DNA of 64,000 bases, taken from positions 1 through 64,000 of the forward strand of contig JBMNJG010000007.1 of assembly GCA_050951545.1 (NCBI GenBank), in the 5' to 3' direction. The DNA is from Limnochordia bacterium. GTDB lineage: Bacteria > Bacillota > Limnochordia > DTU080. The notes under the pieces were generated by a model. The model was not told the DNA's origin. It saw nothing but the letters and a program-made list of their open reading frames with translations, and did no database searches. Position numbers and translations under genes: made by a program. Every line of letters begins with the position of its first letter. The stretch's first letter is position 1. This document shows positions 10,187 through 20,188 of the stretch, piece by piece.

Positions 10187-11566
10187 CTATTCCAGGGCCG
10201 CTGGCGAAGACGCCTGGGTCTTCGAGAGAAGAGCTCCGGTCATGGCATGCAGTTCTTCCATCGCCTGAACCACCGTCGCTGGGGCCTGTGGGGCTAGCCC
10301 CTGCAGGGCTCGGTAACGGTAGGCGGTGTTGACCTCATAGCCGCTTTGAGTGAACGCTTCCGCTGTGGGGAGATAGCCGTGATTCCCGTTGGCGTAGCCC
10401 ACCACCAATGATGCGTTACCAGGGGCGCTTTGGGCGGCGATCGCCCCGTACGCCGTGAACGGTTCAAAGGGGAGCGCAGTGATAGCGAAATCACCCAAGA
10501 CGAGACACTGCAGCTCGGCGGAAAAGGCTTCTCGGGGGCGGGCTGCTCCCGGGACTCCCTGGTGCGCAGCTAGGGCCTCTTTGGCCCAGGCGAGGGGGCC
10601 GCTCCTGCTAGCAAGCAAGTCCCCGTCTGGATGCTCCTGGAACTGGTGCTCGAGCCGCTCTATTTCGCGCCGAATGGCGTGAATTGGAGGTAATGGTTGC
10701 AGGGCAAGCATCGCTTCATGCGATACTCCTACTAAAGACGCTGACTCAATGGGCCGTCCGCTGAAGAGGGCCTGCATCGCCGCCCCGGCAAGAACTCCGC
10801 CGTGGCGGCGCGCATAGCCAAAGGGGTCTCCACTTCTCATACCAATAGGGTTGACATCGCCGCAGGTTCCGGTCAGGTAGAGGCAGATGCTACCAGGGAA
10901 TATCCGTTCGAGATAGTCGATGGCGAAACCGGGGAAATCGCGGCCGATGAGGTAGTTTGAGCCTCCGAACATCACTGGGTGTACCGAGGCCGACAGTATC
11001 AGGGCGATTGGTGACACTGCATCGGGCGTCGCTGGCCAGATACCGAGCACAGTGGCACCGGAATCCACCTGCCCATCGCTGGCACGCCGATTCACGCCGA
11101 TGGGGGCATCGGCCGCGCCGTAGCTGAGGCGTACGGGCTGCATCCGCTGGGTGGCCAAGACGGCTGCCGAAATGATCTGGCGCTCAAGGAGTAGTCCGTA
11201 GTCCTGATCACGCGGACCATATCCGCGCCGGTAGCAGGCCAGCGGGCCGGAGTGCGTGTGGGTGGTGTGTATGAGGATCTGTGCCTCTGGCACGCCCGTT
11301 TGCTCAGCGATCAGTTTGCGCATACGCTGGGCATCTTCTGCGTCTAGCGAGAGCAGCTCACAGCTGATGATGATCGCTTGGGAGTTGGCTGTGGCTAGGG
11401 CGAGGGCAGTGGCATTAAGCGGATCGTGTATGCCTTCAGCCCCTCTGGTGCGGCTGGCGAACCCCGCCAACCACGTGTGTAGCGGCGGTGTGATGTCTAG
11501 GCGGGCTACTCCTGCCTGCCAACCTGATGCCTGCTTCCTCTGTGCACAATCATCGGCACTGGTCAT
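10187..11566 (-). CDS. Neutral/alkaline ceramidase N-terminal-like amidohydrolase
   Basis: AGVARLDITPP, GIHDPL, THTHSGP, GTCGDVNP, GYANGNHGYLPT; GGAGG RBS before ATG 11566. Confidence 0.8.
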   Translation of the reverse strand: MTSADDCAQRKQASGWQAGVARLDITPPLHTWLAGFASRTRGAEGIHDPLNATALALATANSQAIIISCELLSLDAEDAQRMRKLIAEQTGVPEAQILIHTTHTHSGPLACYRRGYGPRDQDYGLLLERQIISAAVLATQRMQPVRLSYGAADAPIGVNRRASDGQVDSGATVLGIWPATPDAVSPIALILSASVHPVMFGGSNYLIGRDFPGFAIDYLERIFPGSICLYLTGTCGDVNPIGMRSGDPFGYARRHGGVLAGAAMQALFSGRPIESASLVGVSHEAMLALQPLPPIHAIRREIERLEHQFQEHPDGDLLASRSGPLAWAKEALAAHQGVPGAARPREAFSAELQCLVLGDFAITALPFEPFTAYGAIAAQSAPGNASLVVGYANGNHGYLPTAEAFTQSGYEVNTAYRYRALQGLAPQAPATVVQAMEELHAMTGALLSKTQASSPAALE

Positions 11567-11663
11567 GTTGGTTTCCTCCAAGGCTTGGATTCCCTTTACA
11601 GTTCACCAGGGGTTTCCCCGAGGCCTGCGTCTTAAGGCCCTCAAGCACAGGCGGTGGGTCGCC

Positions 11664-12939
11664 CTATTTGAGCAGTCCAGTTACTACCTTGTGGATCTGC
11701 TCTAACCCAACAGCGGGGGCTAGACGACCTGCCCATATCTGACTCATCACGGGGTTCACCGCAGCATCTATTTGGGTGGCCTGGGGTACGACGTAGGCGG
11801 GGTAACCATTCGGATCAGAGGCTGTGTCAATGAGCGCATGCCAGTTGTCAGGAAGCTTGATGGCTCCGAGGCGGGCATAGCGGACCATGGCGTCTCTCGA
11901 GGCAGGCATACTTCCGCAGACGCGTGCCAACTCAAGCTGGTTGTCGACAAGGCTAGTGACGAAGTGCACCCATTGCCACGCGATGTCCCTTTGGCCGCTG
12001 TGGGCAACCACTTGGAGACTGCCTGGGTTCACCCGGGCGGCTCGATTCGCGGGTCCCTTCGGCTGCTGCGCGATATCCTAGCTGAAGGGGACATCTTGAT
12101 AGTACAAGCCGATCACGGTAGGCCCATCCACGACGTTGAAACCAACATTGCCTTTCCATGTGCGGTATGCGGCGTTGGTTACGGCCATATTCTCTGCGTA
12201 GAGTCCTTGTATGAATTCAACTGCACGCAGTACCTCGGGACTGTTGAACTGGCTCCTGTTGGGGTAGACGATGCTGTCGTAGAGTTGGCCACCTGCCTGA
12301 TGGACCTGCATCTCCCAGCGACTGCTGATACGTTCAGTACCAATGGTCTCCATGATCCCATCCCCATCCTTGTCGCGGGTGAGGCTTTTGGCACTAGAAG
12401 TAAGCGTCTCCCATGTCCAGCGTTCCCCGAGCTCTCGGGGGTTGGGTAACCCGGCTTCCGAGAACAGGTCGGCATTGAAGAAAGTAACGACGGGGTAAAC
12501 GCTGTAGGGAAGGCCCCACAGCGTGCCGTCTGGGGCGGTCACCCCTCGAATAGCCACTGGAGGGATGCGCTGCTCAAGCGAGAGCTTGTCTCGTTTTACG
12601 TAGGGCATCAGGTCTTCGAAAAGGTCCTTCGTGAGAAGGGGGGCTGCTAGCACAGGATGGGCATCTGTGACATCCGGGGCGACACCGCCAGCCACCATGG
12701 TAAGTAGCTTTGAGCGGTAGCCATCGAAGCCTCCTGAGGAGATGACGAACTCGACAGAGATACCCGTTTGCGTCTCAAAGCGGTTTGCCATGATGCTCAG
12801 GTATTCGCGAAACCCATCGCCATGGTCGCTGTAGGTATAATGAGTGAGCTGCACGTGCGTTGCCAATGCCGGGTTGGAGAGGATTGCAGATAGTCCCAAC
12901 AGGATAGAGGCTATGCCTATGGCCTTCCATTTTTTTCAT
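11664..12939 (-). pseudogene. Sugar SBP pseudogene (A7 frameshift after the start codon and an internal TAG)
   Basis: ATG 12939 + A7 is out of frame by one base (A6 gives MKKWKAIGIASILLGLSAIL); TAG at 12078-12080 lies in frame between ...DVPFS and DIAQQPKGP..., where paralogs have W. Confidence 0.85.
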
Positions 12940-13392
12940 TGGTGTACCCCCCTAAAACAGTATAGTGAGAACCTTACCACACAGTGTATAACACTGAGCT
13001 GATGAAAGCCATATCAACACACCGTTAAGAGCATGGCAAAAGCGGGCCGTACCGATCCCTGTTTCCTGCTGTAACCGCCCCCAGAGCTCACTTGTACACC
13101 CATAAATCAGACTGATCCGCCCAATTCACTGTCTGGGGCACCAGAAATGGGCCGAAGCGGACAGCGTTTGCCAGATATGGCCACATGGTGTCGCCAGCCT
13201 CTGCTCATCACGGCGTCCGGCGTGCCGATAAGTGTACACCCTGTCCAGCACTCCGGGAAACTGGTGACCAGCCTGAGCGCCAACTGAGCACAGATGAAAA
13301 GAAGGAGGGATGAACTGCTGCACGAAATGGATCTTAACTAAGAAAAGACCGTACGGCTCTCAGAATACATGACATACGGAGGTGTGGTTAAC

Positions 13393-14691
13393 ATGCGGCG
13401 GCACAGGGTTCGATTGTCAGTGGTTTTGCTCCTGGTGTGTGGCCTAGTTTTGGTAGTGGGGTCTCTTTCTTGCGCCAAGGATCAAGTTTCTATCACTCTG
13501 CAATATCGTCAAGCTGGATCTGATGTCGCGGCCGAGTGGATCAGAGAGTTTCAGAAGCTCTACCCGGGTATCAGTGTGACGTGGCAGCCCATGACTGGCA
13601 GTTGGCAGGATAAGCTGCTGACTGAGATGCTCGGGGGAACCGCACCCGATGTCTTTGAGTTCTGGAGTCCATTCAACCAGCAACTGAGACAACGGGGGTT
13701 GCTGCTCAATCTCACGCCGTATACGAAGAGGGATTTTACGCCACAGGATATCGCTGATTTCTACCCCAGTGTGTGGGAAACGTCTTTCACACGAGTCGGT
13801 CCACAGGCCGGATCCCAGTACATCATGCCGCGCTACATCAACGTGATGACCTTCCATTACAACGTGGAGCACTTTCAGGGAGCGGGGCTGCCTGACCCTT
13901 CACAGCTGGATGCCCGAGGGGAGTGGACGTGGCAGACCTTCAAGGAATCTGCGCGCAGGCTCACTCGACGTGACGGCACTCAAGTGACACAGTACGGTGC
14001 TGTGTTCATTGCCTCGCTACCCCGAGTACTCAACTGGATCTGGGGGGCTGGCGGCGATCTGATCGATCCCAAAGACCCGGGGAAGTTCGTTGGGGACACG
14101 CCCGAAGCTGAGGCAGGCGTCAAGTTCCTTTGCGACATGCTGTGGGAAGACGGCAGCGCGTCGCCAAGCTGGAGTGATACGGGTTTTCTGAATGGCAGCA
14201 TATCGATGATAGAAGAGGGCATGCAACCTGTTTTCGAGAGGCTCATGAGAGTAATCGGCGACGCGTTCAAATGGGATAGCATCCGTAGGCCAGAGGGGCC
14301 AGCAGGTCGTCCCGGGTACCTTGTCGATGATTCGTTTGGCATTTGGGCGGATTCGCCGCACCCCGCGGAGGCATGGCAGTTTCTGAAGTTCCTGGTCTCT
14401 CGTCAGGGACAGGAGATCATGGTTAAGCACTCTGGGCTTCCGCCAGTACGCCGCTCTGCAGCTCGGGCCTATCTGAACCTCGCTCCCGATCACAACCTGA
14501 GCGCGTTCATTGATGCGGTGGCAGAGAGTCGGCCAACGCTCTTTTCACGAATGCAGGGAGATATCTCTCAGACATACTCAGCCCTATGGGCGATGATCCG
14601 CCCTGTGCTGGACAATCAGCAACCATACCGGGTCGCAGTGGAAGCCAATCGCCCCAAGATCGAAGCCCTGTTGGCGGGGGCATCTAACTAA
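13393..14691 (+). CDS. ABC transporter sugar-binding protein (family 1)
   Basis: Signal peptide, GGTAPDVF, WTWQTFKESARRLT, EAWQFLKFL. Confidence 0.88.
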   Translation: MRRHRVRLSVVLLLVCGLVLVVGSLSCAKDQVSITLQYRQAGSDVAAEWIREFQKLYPGISVTWQPMTGSWQDKLLTEMLGGTAPDVFEFWSPFNQQLRQRGLLLNLTPYTKRDFTPQDIADFYPSVWETSFTRVGPQAGSQYIMPRYINVMTFHYNVEHFQGAGLPDPSQLDARGEWTWQTFKESARRLTRRDGTQVTQYGAVFIASLPRVLNWIWGAGGDLIDPKDPGKFVGDTPEAEAGVKFLCDMLWEDGSASPSWSDTGFLNGSISMIEEGMQPVFERLMRVIGDAFKWDSIRRPEGPAGRPGYLVDDSFGIWADSPHPAEAWQFLKFLVSRQGQEIMVKHSGLPPVRRSAARAYLNLAPDHNLSAFIDAVAESRPTLFSRMQGDISQTYSALWAMIRPVLDNQQPYRVAVEANRPKIEALLAGASN

Positions 14692-14700
14692 GGGTTGTTC

Positions 14701-14723
14701 GGGCCATCTGCTACAGATGGCCC
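14701..14723 (+). terminator. GC-rich hairpin after the SBP gene (terminator or mRNA stabiliser)
   Basis: GGGCCATCTG-CTA-CAGATGGCCC perfect inverted repeat; no U-tract. Confidence 0.5.
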
Positions 14724-14775
14724 ACTCTGAGGGAAGCATTGGTCAGGCGCCTGTACGCAAGGAGTCAGTGAGGGG

Positions 14776-17040
14776 ATGGTACTTCAAATGGTACGGAGGA
14801 AAGATCAAGGATTGCTTAGGTACCCATGGCTGAGGTGGCTTATGGCCATCGCTATGCTTCTCGTGATGGCCAGTTCGGCCGCGGCCTTTACCATCACCCA
14901 GAGTATCGGCGACGACGTGGACGATAAAGCCTGGAGGCAAGTTGGGACCGCTTGGTTTGCCCAGGTTGGTTCGGAGCTCAGGGGTTCATTTACCGCTCGC
15001 AGCGTATTCACACTTGGCGCCGAGGCTGACACTGCCGTCGAATGCATCTATCCCGTGGCCTTGAGTACTGATGCCGATTTCGTCCCTGACGCACTGCGCT
15101 TGGTGCTCCGATCTGACAGCTGGTTTGGGTGGAGTCTGTCGCTAGAGAGTGACACAGGGCTAGTCCCGCCTGGTGGCTCACAAGCCAGCCACATGGGTCG
15201 GGTCTCATTGCCTCCCGGCACATACGTCACTCTGCTGAGCTATGACCCCCTGACGGGAGGGCTATCGCTCTCCATTGACGAGGTGCTGGCGAACAAGAAA
15301 AGGTCGCTATATCAAAAGGCCATTGAGATCGCTACGACTGACCGTCCGCTCTGGCTCGGAGCTGGTCTTGACAGTCCAGGCGGGGATCGGGTTCCTGAGC
15401 TCGTGAGTTTTGAGGCTCTTGGTGCCCTCGGTTACTACATGCCAGTCAGCGCCCGGTTCGCTGTTGGCGCTTCATCTGCTGATGGCGGGTTTTTGCCTCT
15501 CGCCGTCATTGATGCCGATGAGGAGGTCGCAGTGCGGTTGTCAGAGGTAGGTATCTGCCCGCCTGGGCAGTTTGAACTGGCATTTCGCAGCCGAGATGGC
15601 CTAGGCGAAACCACGCACCTTGTGGATGCTGACGCTATTTCCTTAACGCAGTTGCCAGGAGAGAAGCTGCCCCTCGGTGAGGTTGAGGTGCGGCTCGATT
15701 ATAAAGATGGACACGAGGCCCTCATGACGGCCACCCGGGTGATCACGGTCGGTCAGGTGAGAATAGGTCTGGGTGAGGTCAGGGTTGATCGGCAGGCTAG
15801 AGAGGTCTTAGGTAGTCTGCACATCGCTACGAGTGCGGGCCTTGGCGAAGTCGGGGTCATGGCGGACGCCTTGCTCTACGAAGAGGTCTGGAACCCATCT
15901 TCAAGAAAGTACGACTCGGTACCCTATGAAGAGCGACGGGTTCTCGACGGTGCTGTTACCTTTGACGATGCTGGCAAAAGCCGCGTTGATTTCCGCTTGC
16001 CCCTGCCGCAGAAGGCTGGCCTGTTCAGAATGCGCTTGCGGGCGGAGGCCTTAGCGCCCAAATTGGCCATGGCGCTGTCAAGCGAGGAGGCACTCTTCAC
16101 AACGTACGCTCCGGCAATGCCGAAGTTGGGGCAACCGTACGCCATCGCCGTCTTGCCAGATACCCAATACTACGCCCGCTCCTATCCAGTCATCTTTAGG
16201 AGACAGATTCAGTATCTCGCCGAACAAGCAGCGGAACGGAACATCGTCCTCGCTTTGCATGTGGGCGATATCACCGACAATAACTCCCCGATGGAGTGGG
16301 AGCGCGCTGCCGAATCCATGAAGCTCCTTGACGGCGTCATGCCGTTCGTCTTGTCACAGGGAAATCACGACCTGAATTCAGCTGGGAATGCAACCAACCG
16401 TGAGAGCTCTCTTATGGACAATGTCTTTCCTGTCATTGGGCAGCGTTGGCTCAAAGGGACCTTTCCTGAGGGTCAAGTGGTGAACAGCTACGCGACATTC
16501 GATTTTGCTGGTGACAGATACTTGGTGATCTCTCTTGAGTTTGGGCCTCGCGACGAAGCCCTGGAGTGGGCAAACGCTGTGGTGGAAGCGCATCCTGATC
16601 ACAGCGTTATCGTGGTGACACATGCTTATACTCACCATACTGGGGCCCGCTCTAACCACGCGTACCAATACCCCATCGCTAGCAATCCAGCCACGACGGT
16701 GAATGGCGCCGATCAGATGTGGCGGAAGTTGATCTCTCGGCATGCGAACATGCTCATGGTGCTAAGCGGTCATCATAGCGATGGGCTTGCCCGTCGGGTG
16801 AGTAGAGGGCAGCATGGCAATGTAGTGTATGAGATCATGGCCAACTTCCAGTTCGGTGCGAGCGGTGGCGGTGGGTATTTCCCGTTGTTTGAGTTCCACC
16901 CAGACGGTAGCATCGAGGTGTATACCTACTCACCTTATTTCGGCGAGTGGCGGACTGGTAGAAGCGCATGGGGGTTTTCCAATCATTTCATGATCGACAG
17001 GGTTAATGAGCGGTATGTGGATCTCGAGTGTCCCGAATAG
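14776..17040 (+). CDS. Secreted protein with C-terminal calcineurin-like metallophosphoesterase domain
   Basis: Signal peptide; LPDTQYY, HVGDITD, GNHD, VVTHAY, LSGH motifs. Confidence 0.82.
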   Translation: MVLQMVRRKDQGLLRYPWLRWLMAIAMLLVMASSAAAFTITQSIGDDVDDKAWRQVGTAWFAQVGSELRGSFTARSVFTLGAEADTAVECIYPVALSTDADFVPDALRLVLRSDSWFGWSLSLESDTGLVPPGGSQASHMGRVSLPPGTYVTLLSYDPLTGGLSLSIDEVLANKKRSLYQKAIEIATTDRPLWLGAGLDSPGGDRVPELVSFEALGALGYYMPVSARFAVGASSADGGFLPLAVIDADEEVAVRLSEVGICPPGQFELAFRSRDGLGETTHLVDADAISLTQLPGEKLPLGEVEVRLDYKDGHEALMTATRVITVGQVRIGLGEVRVDRQAREVLGSLHIATSAGLGEVGVMADALLYEEVWNPSSRKYDSVPYEERRVLDGAVTFDDAGKSRVDFRLPLPQKAGLFRMRLRAEALAPKLAMALSSEEALFTTYAPAMPKLGQPYAIAVLPDTQYYARSYPVIFRRQIQYLAEQAAERNIVLALHVGDITDNNSPMEWERAAESMKLLDGVMPFVLSQGNHDLNSAGNATNRESSLMDNVFPVIGQRWLKGTFPEGQVVNSYATFDFAGDRYLVISLEFGPRDEALEWANAVVEAHPDHSVIVVTHAYTHHTGARSNHAYQYPIASNPATTVNGADQMWRKLISRHANMLMVLSGHHSDGLARRVSRGQHGNVVYEIMANFQFGASGGGGYFPLFEFHPDGSIEVYTYSPYFGEWRTGRSAWGFSNHFMIDRVNERYVDLECPE

Positions 17041-17096
17041 CTCAGCCACGGAGCTGCCGGGTTGTCGTTACTACGCATACCCGTCTTGAGACACAC

Positions 17097-17127
17097 AGAT
17101 GGAGCGAGAGTCTTCTCGCCCCATCTG
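17097..17127. terminator. Hairpin between convergent genes (probable bidirectional terminator)
   Basis: CAGATGGAGCGAGA...TCTCGCCCCATCTG inverted repeat. Confidence 0.55.
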
Positions 17128-17136
17128 AAGGTACGT

Positions 17137-18396
17137 CTACCGTGCCCGAGTCTGTTCGATAATCGCGGTGGTTTGGCTGTGGATCTGTTCTAGGTGAGTG
17201 CGCACGGGTACCCTTCCCGACCAGACTGGTGTCATATCGATGTAACGGGGGCTTAGATCCCTGGTCAGCACACCAATTGAGCGTGGACCGGGATACAAGG
17301 TTTGCTCGAAGATGGCCGCGACATTCTTATCCCGAATGCCAGCGACCACAGGGTAAGCGGTCTGTGCTGACAAAAGCGCCGCTAACAGTCCGGTTGCACG
17401 GGAAAAGTCTTCCGCATTCTCTCTGTTGGCCACAAGGTACTTTGTGAAGGCCCATGCCTCTGCGATGTACTCGGTGCTACTCAAGATATTGGGGCCAGCG
17501 CACCCGACAGAGGTCGCTGGACCCTGAGGGCCACGTGGCTGCAAAGCAACGTCCCATTCCAGTGGTGCATCTTTCAAGTACACACCAATAATAGTCAGCG
17601 CATCGCCCAAATTGATGGCTGTGCCACCCTTCCAGAAGTAGAACGCGGTTTGGTCGACCCCTGGGCGAAGATGGGGGGTTAGGCCTTCTCGGTAAAAGCG
17701 CGTTGTGAACTCAACACCTTGCTCAACCTGGGGCGTATTCCACATGCTTTTTAGGGGCTGCATGAACTGATCAAACTCGTAAAAGACGCCGCCAGCTTGT
17801 TTCACAAAGTGTTGCCAGGTGGCCCCCCAAGGACGATCGAGTCCATATGACTCAGGAGTACCATCACCGTCTGCGTCAACGGTGAGCTTCTTTGCGTAGC
17901 TGAACAGAGTGTCCCAATTCCAGGTCGTACCCAACTGGTCGGGAGTAACTAGACCAGCCTTGGCAAAGAGGTCACGGTTGAAGTAGGTCGGCGCTATCGA
18001 CAGATACAACGGGGCAGTATAGATGGCACCCGACGCGGATGAGATGGATTCTAGCACAGTGGGGTTGTACGCCTTCAGCAACCCGTCTCGCTGCAGCAAT
18101 GGTTTGAGGTCCACAAGCTCGCCCAAAGGGCCCAGGTGGGCGTAATCGGGGAGGTCAAAGATGTCGGGGGCTACCCCACCCATTTTCATCGTATCGAATT
18201 TGCCATGATCGCCGATGATGACATCGATTTTCACCCCGGGGTTAAGACGTTCGAAGGCTTGTGCCTTATCCTGAATGTGCTGGTGGTAAGCGTTTCCGTG
18301 GTGCACATACATAAGATAGGTTAAGGTGACCTGTTTGGCGCCCGCCGCACTGCACAAAAACAGTACAAACAGTAACAGATAACAGATTTTCTTCAC
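17137..18396 (-). CDS. ABC transporter sugar-binding protein (family 1)
   Basis: Signal peptide from GTG 18396 (MKKICYLLLF..AGA); GGVAPDIF, KKLTVDADGDGTPESY, EAWAFTKYL. Confidence 0.88.
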   Translation of the reverse strand: MKKICYLLLFVLFLCSAAGAKQVTLTYLMYVHHGNAYHQHIQDKAQAFERLNPGVKIDVIIGDHGKFDTMKMGGVAPDIFDLPDYAHLGPLGELVDLKPLLQRDGLLKAYNPTVLESISSASGAIYTAPLYLSIAPTYFNRDLFAKAGLVTPDQLGTTWNWDTLFSYAKKLTVDADGDGTPESYGLDRPWGATWQHFVKQAGGVFYEFDQFMQPLKSMWNTPQVEQGVEFTTRFYREGLTPHLRPGVDQTAFYFWKGGTAINLGDALTIIGVYLKDAPLEWDVALQPRGPQGPATSVGCAGPNILSSTEYIAEAWAFTKYLVANRENAEDFSRATGLLAALLSAQTAYPVVAGIRDKNVAAIFEQTLYPGPRSIGVLTRDLSPRYIDMTPVWSGRVPVRTHLEQIHSQTTAIIEQTRAR

Positions 18397-18635
18397 TGCT
18401 TTATGCCCCCTGGTGGTATACCTGAACACCCCATGCATTTCAGCTAGCTCATCAGTTCCGGGTGAAAGCTCGCTCTCGCTCGTGGAAGACTGCAGAGCAC
18501 CAACGGTACAGTCAGGGTTGGCTTATTTACTGTGTAAGACGGTATGGGTGGCAGCATATACCATTAGTTGGTATTCACCTTCGGCACGGCCGACGATTTC
18601 CCTTCTTCAACATAAGTCAGTTGTTTTGCAGCGGT

Positions 18636-19967
18636 CTATTCCAGGGCCGCTACCCCGCTCCTGTCTTCAGCAGGCCCATGGCCACCCAATCCGCCCTTTC
18701 CTTTCAGGTAATGATCCAAGAACGCAAGTGTTATCCGGTTTATCGTGGCCAGGCAATACCTTGTGTCTGTGCTTGCTCTCTGGCCATTCAGCATTCGCGT
18801 CAAGAGCGGACTCGTGAGCGCCAAATCTGTCAGAGTGAAATGCCCGGCCCCCGGCACATGCACGCTGCGGGCGATGGCCTCTGCGTTCGCAAGCAGCTTT
18901 GCATTGGCAGCATATTGCGGCCATTCGTTGAGGTAATCCCATGAACTATCTGAGTAGATGATCAGTGCGGGTACGGGATATGGTTCCTCATTCCACACGA
19001 ACTCGCCGTCTCTTACACCAGCAACATCACACAGGAAAGGTGACTCCAAGGCAATGACCGCGCTGACATCACGCCTGATTCGGCCGAGTCCCAATGCTGC
19101 AGAACCGCCTAAGGAATGCCCCATGACACCAATTTTCGTTGCATCTATGAGTGTGTAAACGAGGTCAGGATTACGATCTGCGGCTCTGTGAAGGGAATAG
19201 TCGATGACGAAGCTCAGATCTCGGGTGCGTACTCCCATCCACTTCTGGTAGTACTCATAGCTCTGCAGCTTGTTGCTCTTTGCGTCTTCGGCGAACACCT
19301 CACCCATGAAAGTACGATCAAGCCATGATGTCTTCCCGTCTGTGTCAGTCGTGAACAGGCATTGGTATGCATGATCGATGGCGCATACCACGTAACCATG
19401 GCTGGCCAACTCCCTGTACAGCGACAGGTTGCTCGACCTCACTCCGAACGATCCATGGGAAAAGAGGATAAGAGGATGCGTGCCATGGGAGTCTTCGGGG
19501 TACCAATACTGTACAGTTAGTCTTCTGGGGTTGCGGGTCTTGGAGTACGTTTCGAGGCGACTCTCGTCGGTGTACGTATAGGTTGCCGTTTCGACACCGT
19601 ATACGCCGGTGGTCTCCAACGGTCTGTACTGCGGGAATATCAGGGTGGGGCTGAGGGCAAGCAGCACGATAAAGAGCGTCAGGATGGCCCTTTTGATCAC
19701 GTTTCGACTACTGAAGATCTCACGGTCACCGTTTCCTCGCACCAGCACTATTGCGCCGAGTAACGACCAGATCAGCAACAGCGCTGCAAACGCATACCAG
19801 CGAGGACTCCATTCGACAGCCGACACTACCACTAGCACGACAAACCCAGCGAAGGTGCCTATGCGTATGACGCTTCTCTTCGTGACTTGGTATGATCTTG
19901 AGTGAATGCAGTATGCCGCGAATACCAGCTCAACTGCAGACGTAGCAAACAGCATGGTGCTTCCCAT
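18636..19967 (-). CDS. Membrane-anchored alpha/beta hydrolase (PAF-acetylhydrolase-like)
   Basis: N-terminal TM helices; LFSHG, LASHGYVV, GHSLGG nucleophile, H(F)TLTD; start moved to ATG 19967. Confidence 0.82.
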   Translation of the reverse strand: MGSTMLFATSAVELVFAAYCIHSRSYQVTKRSVIRIGTFAGFVVLVVVSAVEWSPRWYAFAALLLIWSLLGAIVLVRGNGDREIFSSRNVIKRAILTLFIVLLALSPTLIFPQYRPLETTGVYGVETATYTYTDESRLETYSKTRNPRRLTVQYWYPEDSHGTHPLILFSHGSFGVRSSNLSLYRELASHGYVVCAIDHAYQCLFTTDTDGKTSWLDRTFMGEVFAEDAKSNKLQSYEYYQKWMGVRTRDLSFVIDYSLHRAADRNPDLVYTLIDATKIGVMGHSLGGSAALGLGRIRRDVSAVIALESPFLCDVAGVRDGEFVWNEEPYPVPALIIYSDSSWDYLNEWPQYAANAKLLANAEAIARSVHVPGAGHFTLTDLALTSPLLTRMLNGQRASTDTRYCLATINRITLAFLDHYLKGKGGLGGHGPAEDRSGVAALE

Positions 19968-20188
19968 GGTTTCCCTCGTCGATTCGCGTCGCCGGCCGCC
20001 AGTGCGGCTCCCGGGTCCTCGCGGCTTAGGTGTCATTGTGCGGTATGGAGTAGTTCTCGTCGTCTGCGGGAAGTCCTGTTTGCGCCAGCGGGCGGAGTAG
20101 CTCTGCTTCGCTGCGACAGCGAGATCCCGTAAAGAGAGCTCTGGATCGCTCCAGAGCTTCTCTTGATGACCTGATTCTGTTCCTGCAC

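Noticed and set aside
12078-12080. Pyrrolysine codon in the SBP
   Set aside because: The position corresponds to a conserved Trp (single TGG to TAG change), the gene has a second lesion, and no pyl genes are in the window
13126-13323. 65-aa ORF between the divergent SBP genes
   Set aside because: No RBS or recognisable motif; may be decayed sequence, but this cannot be supported
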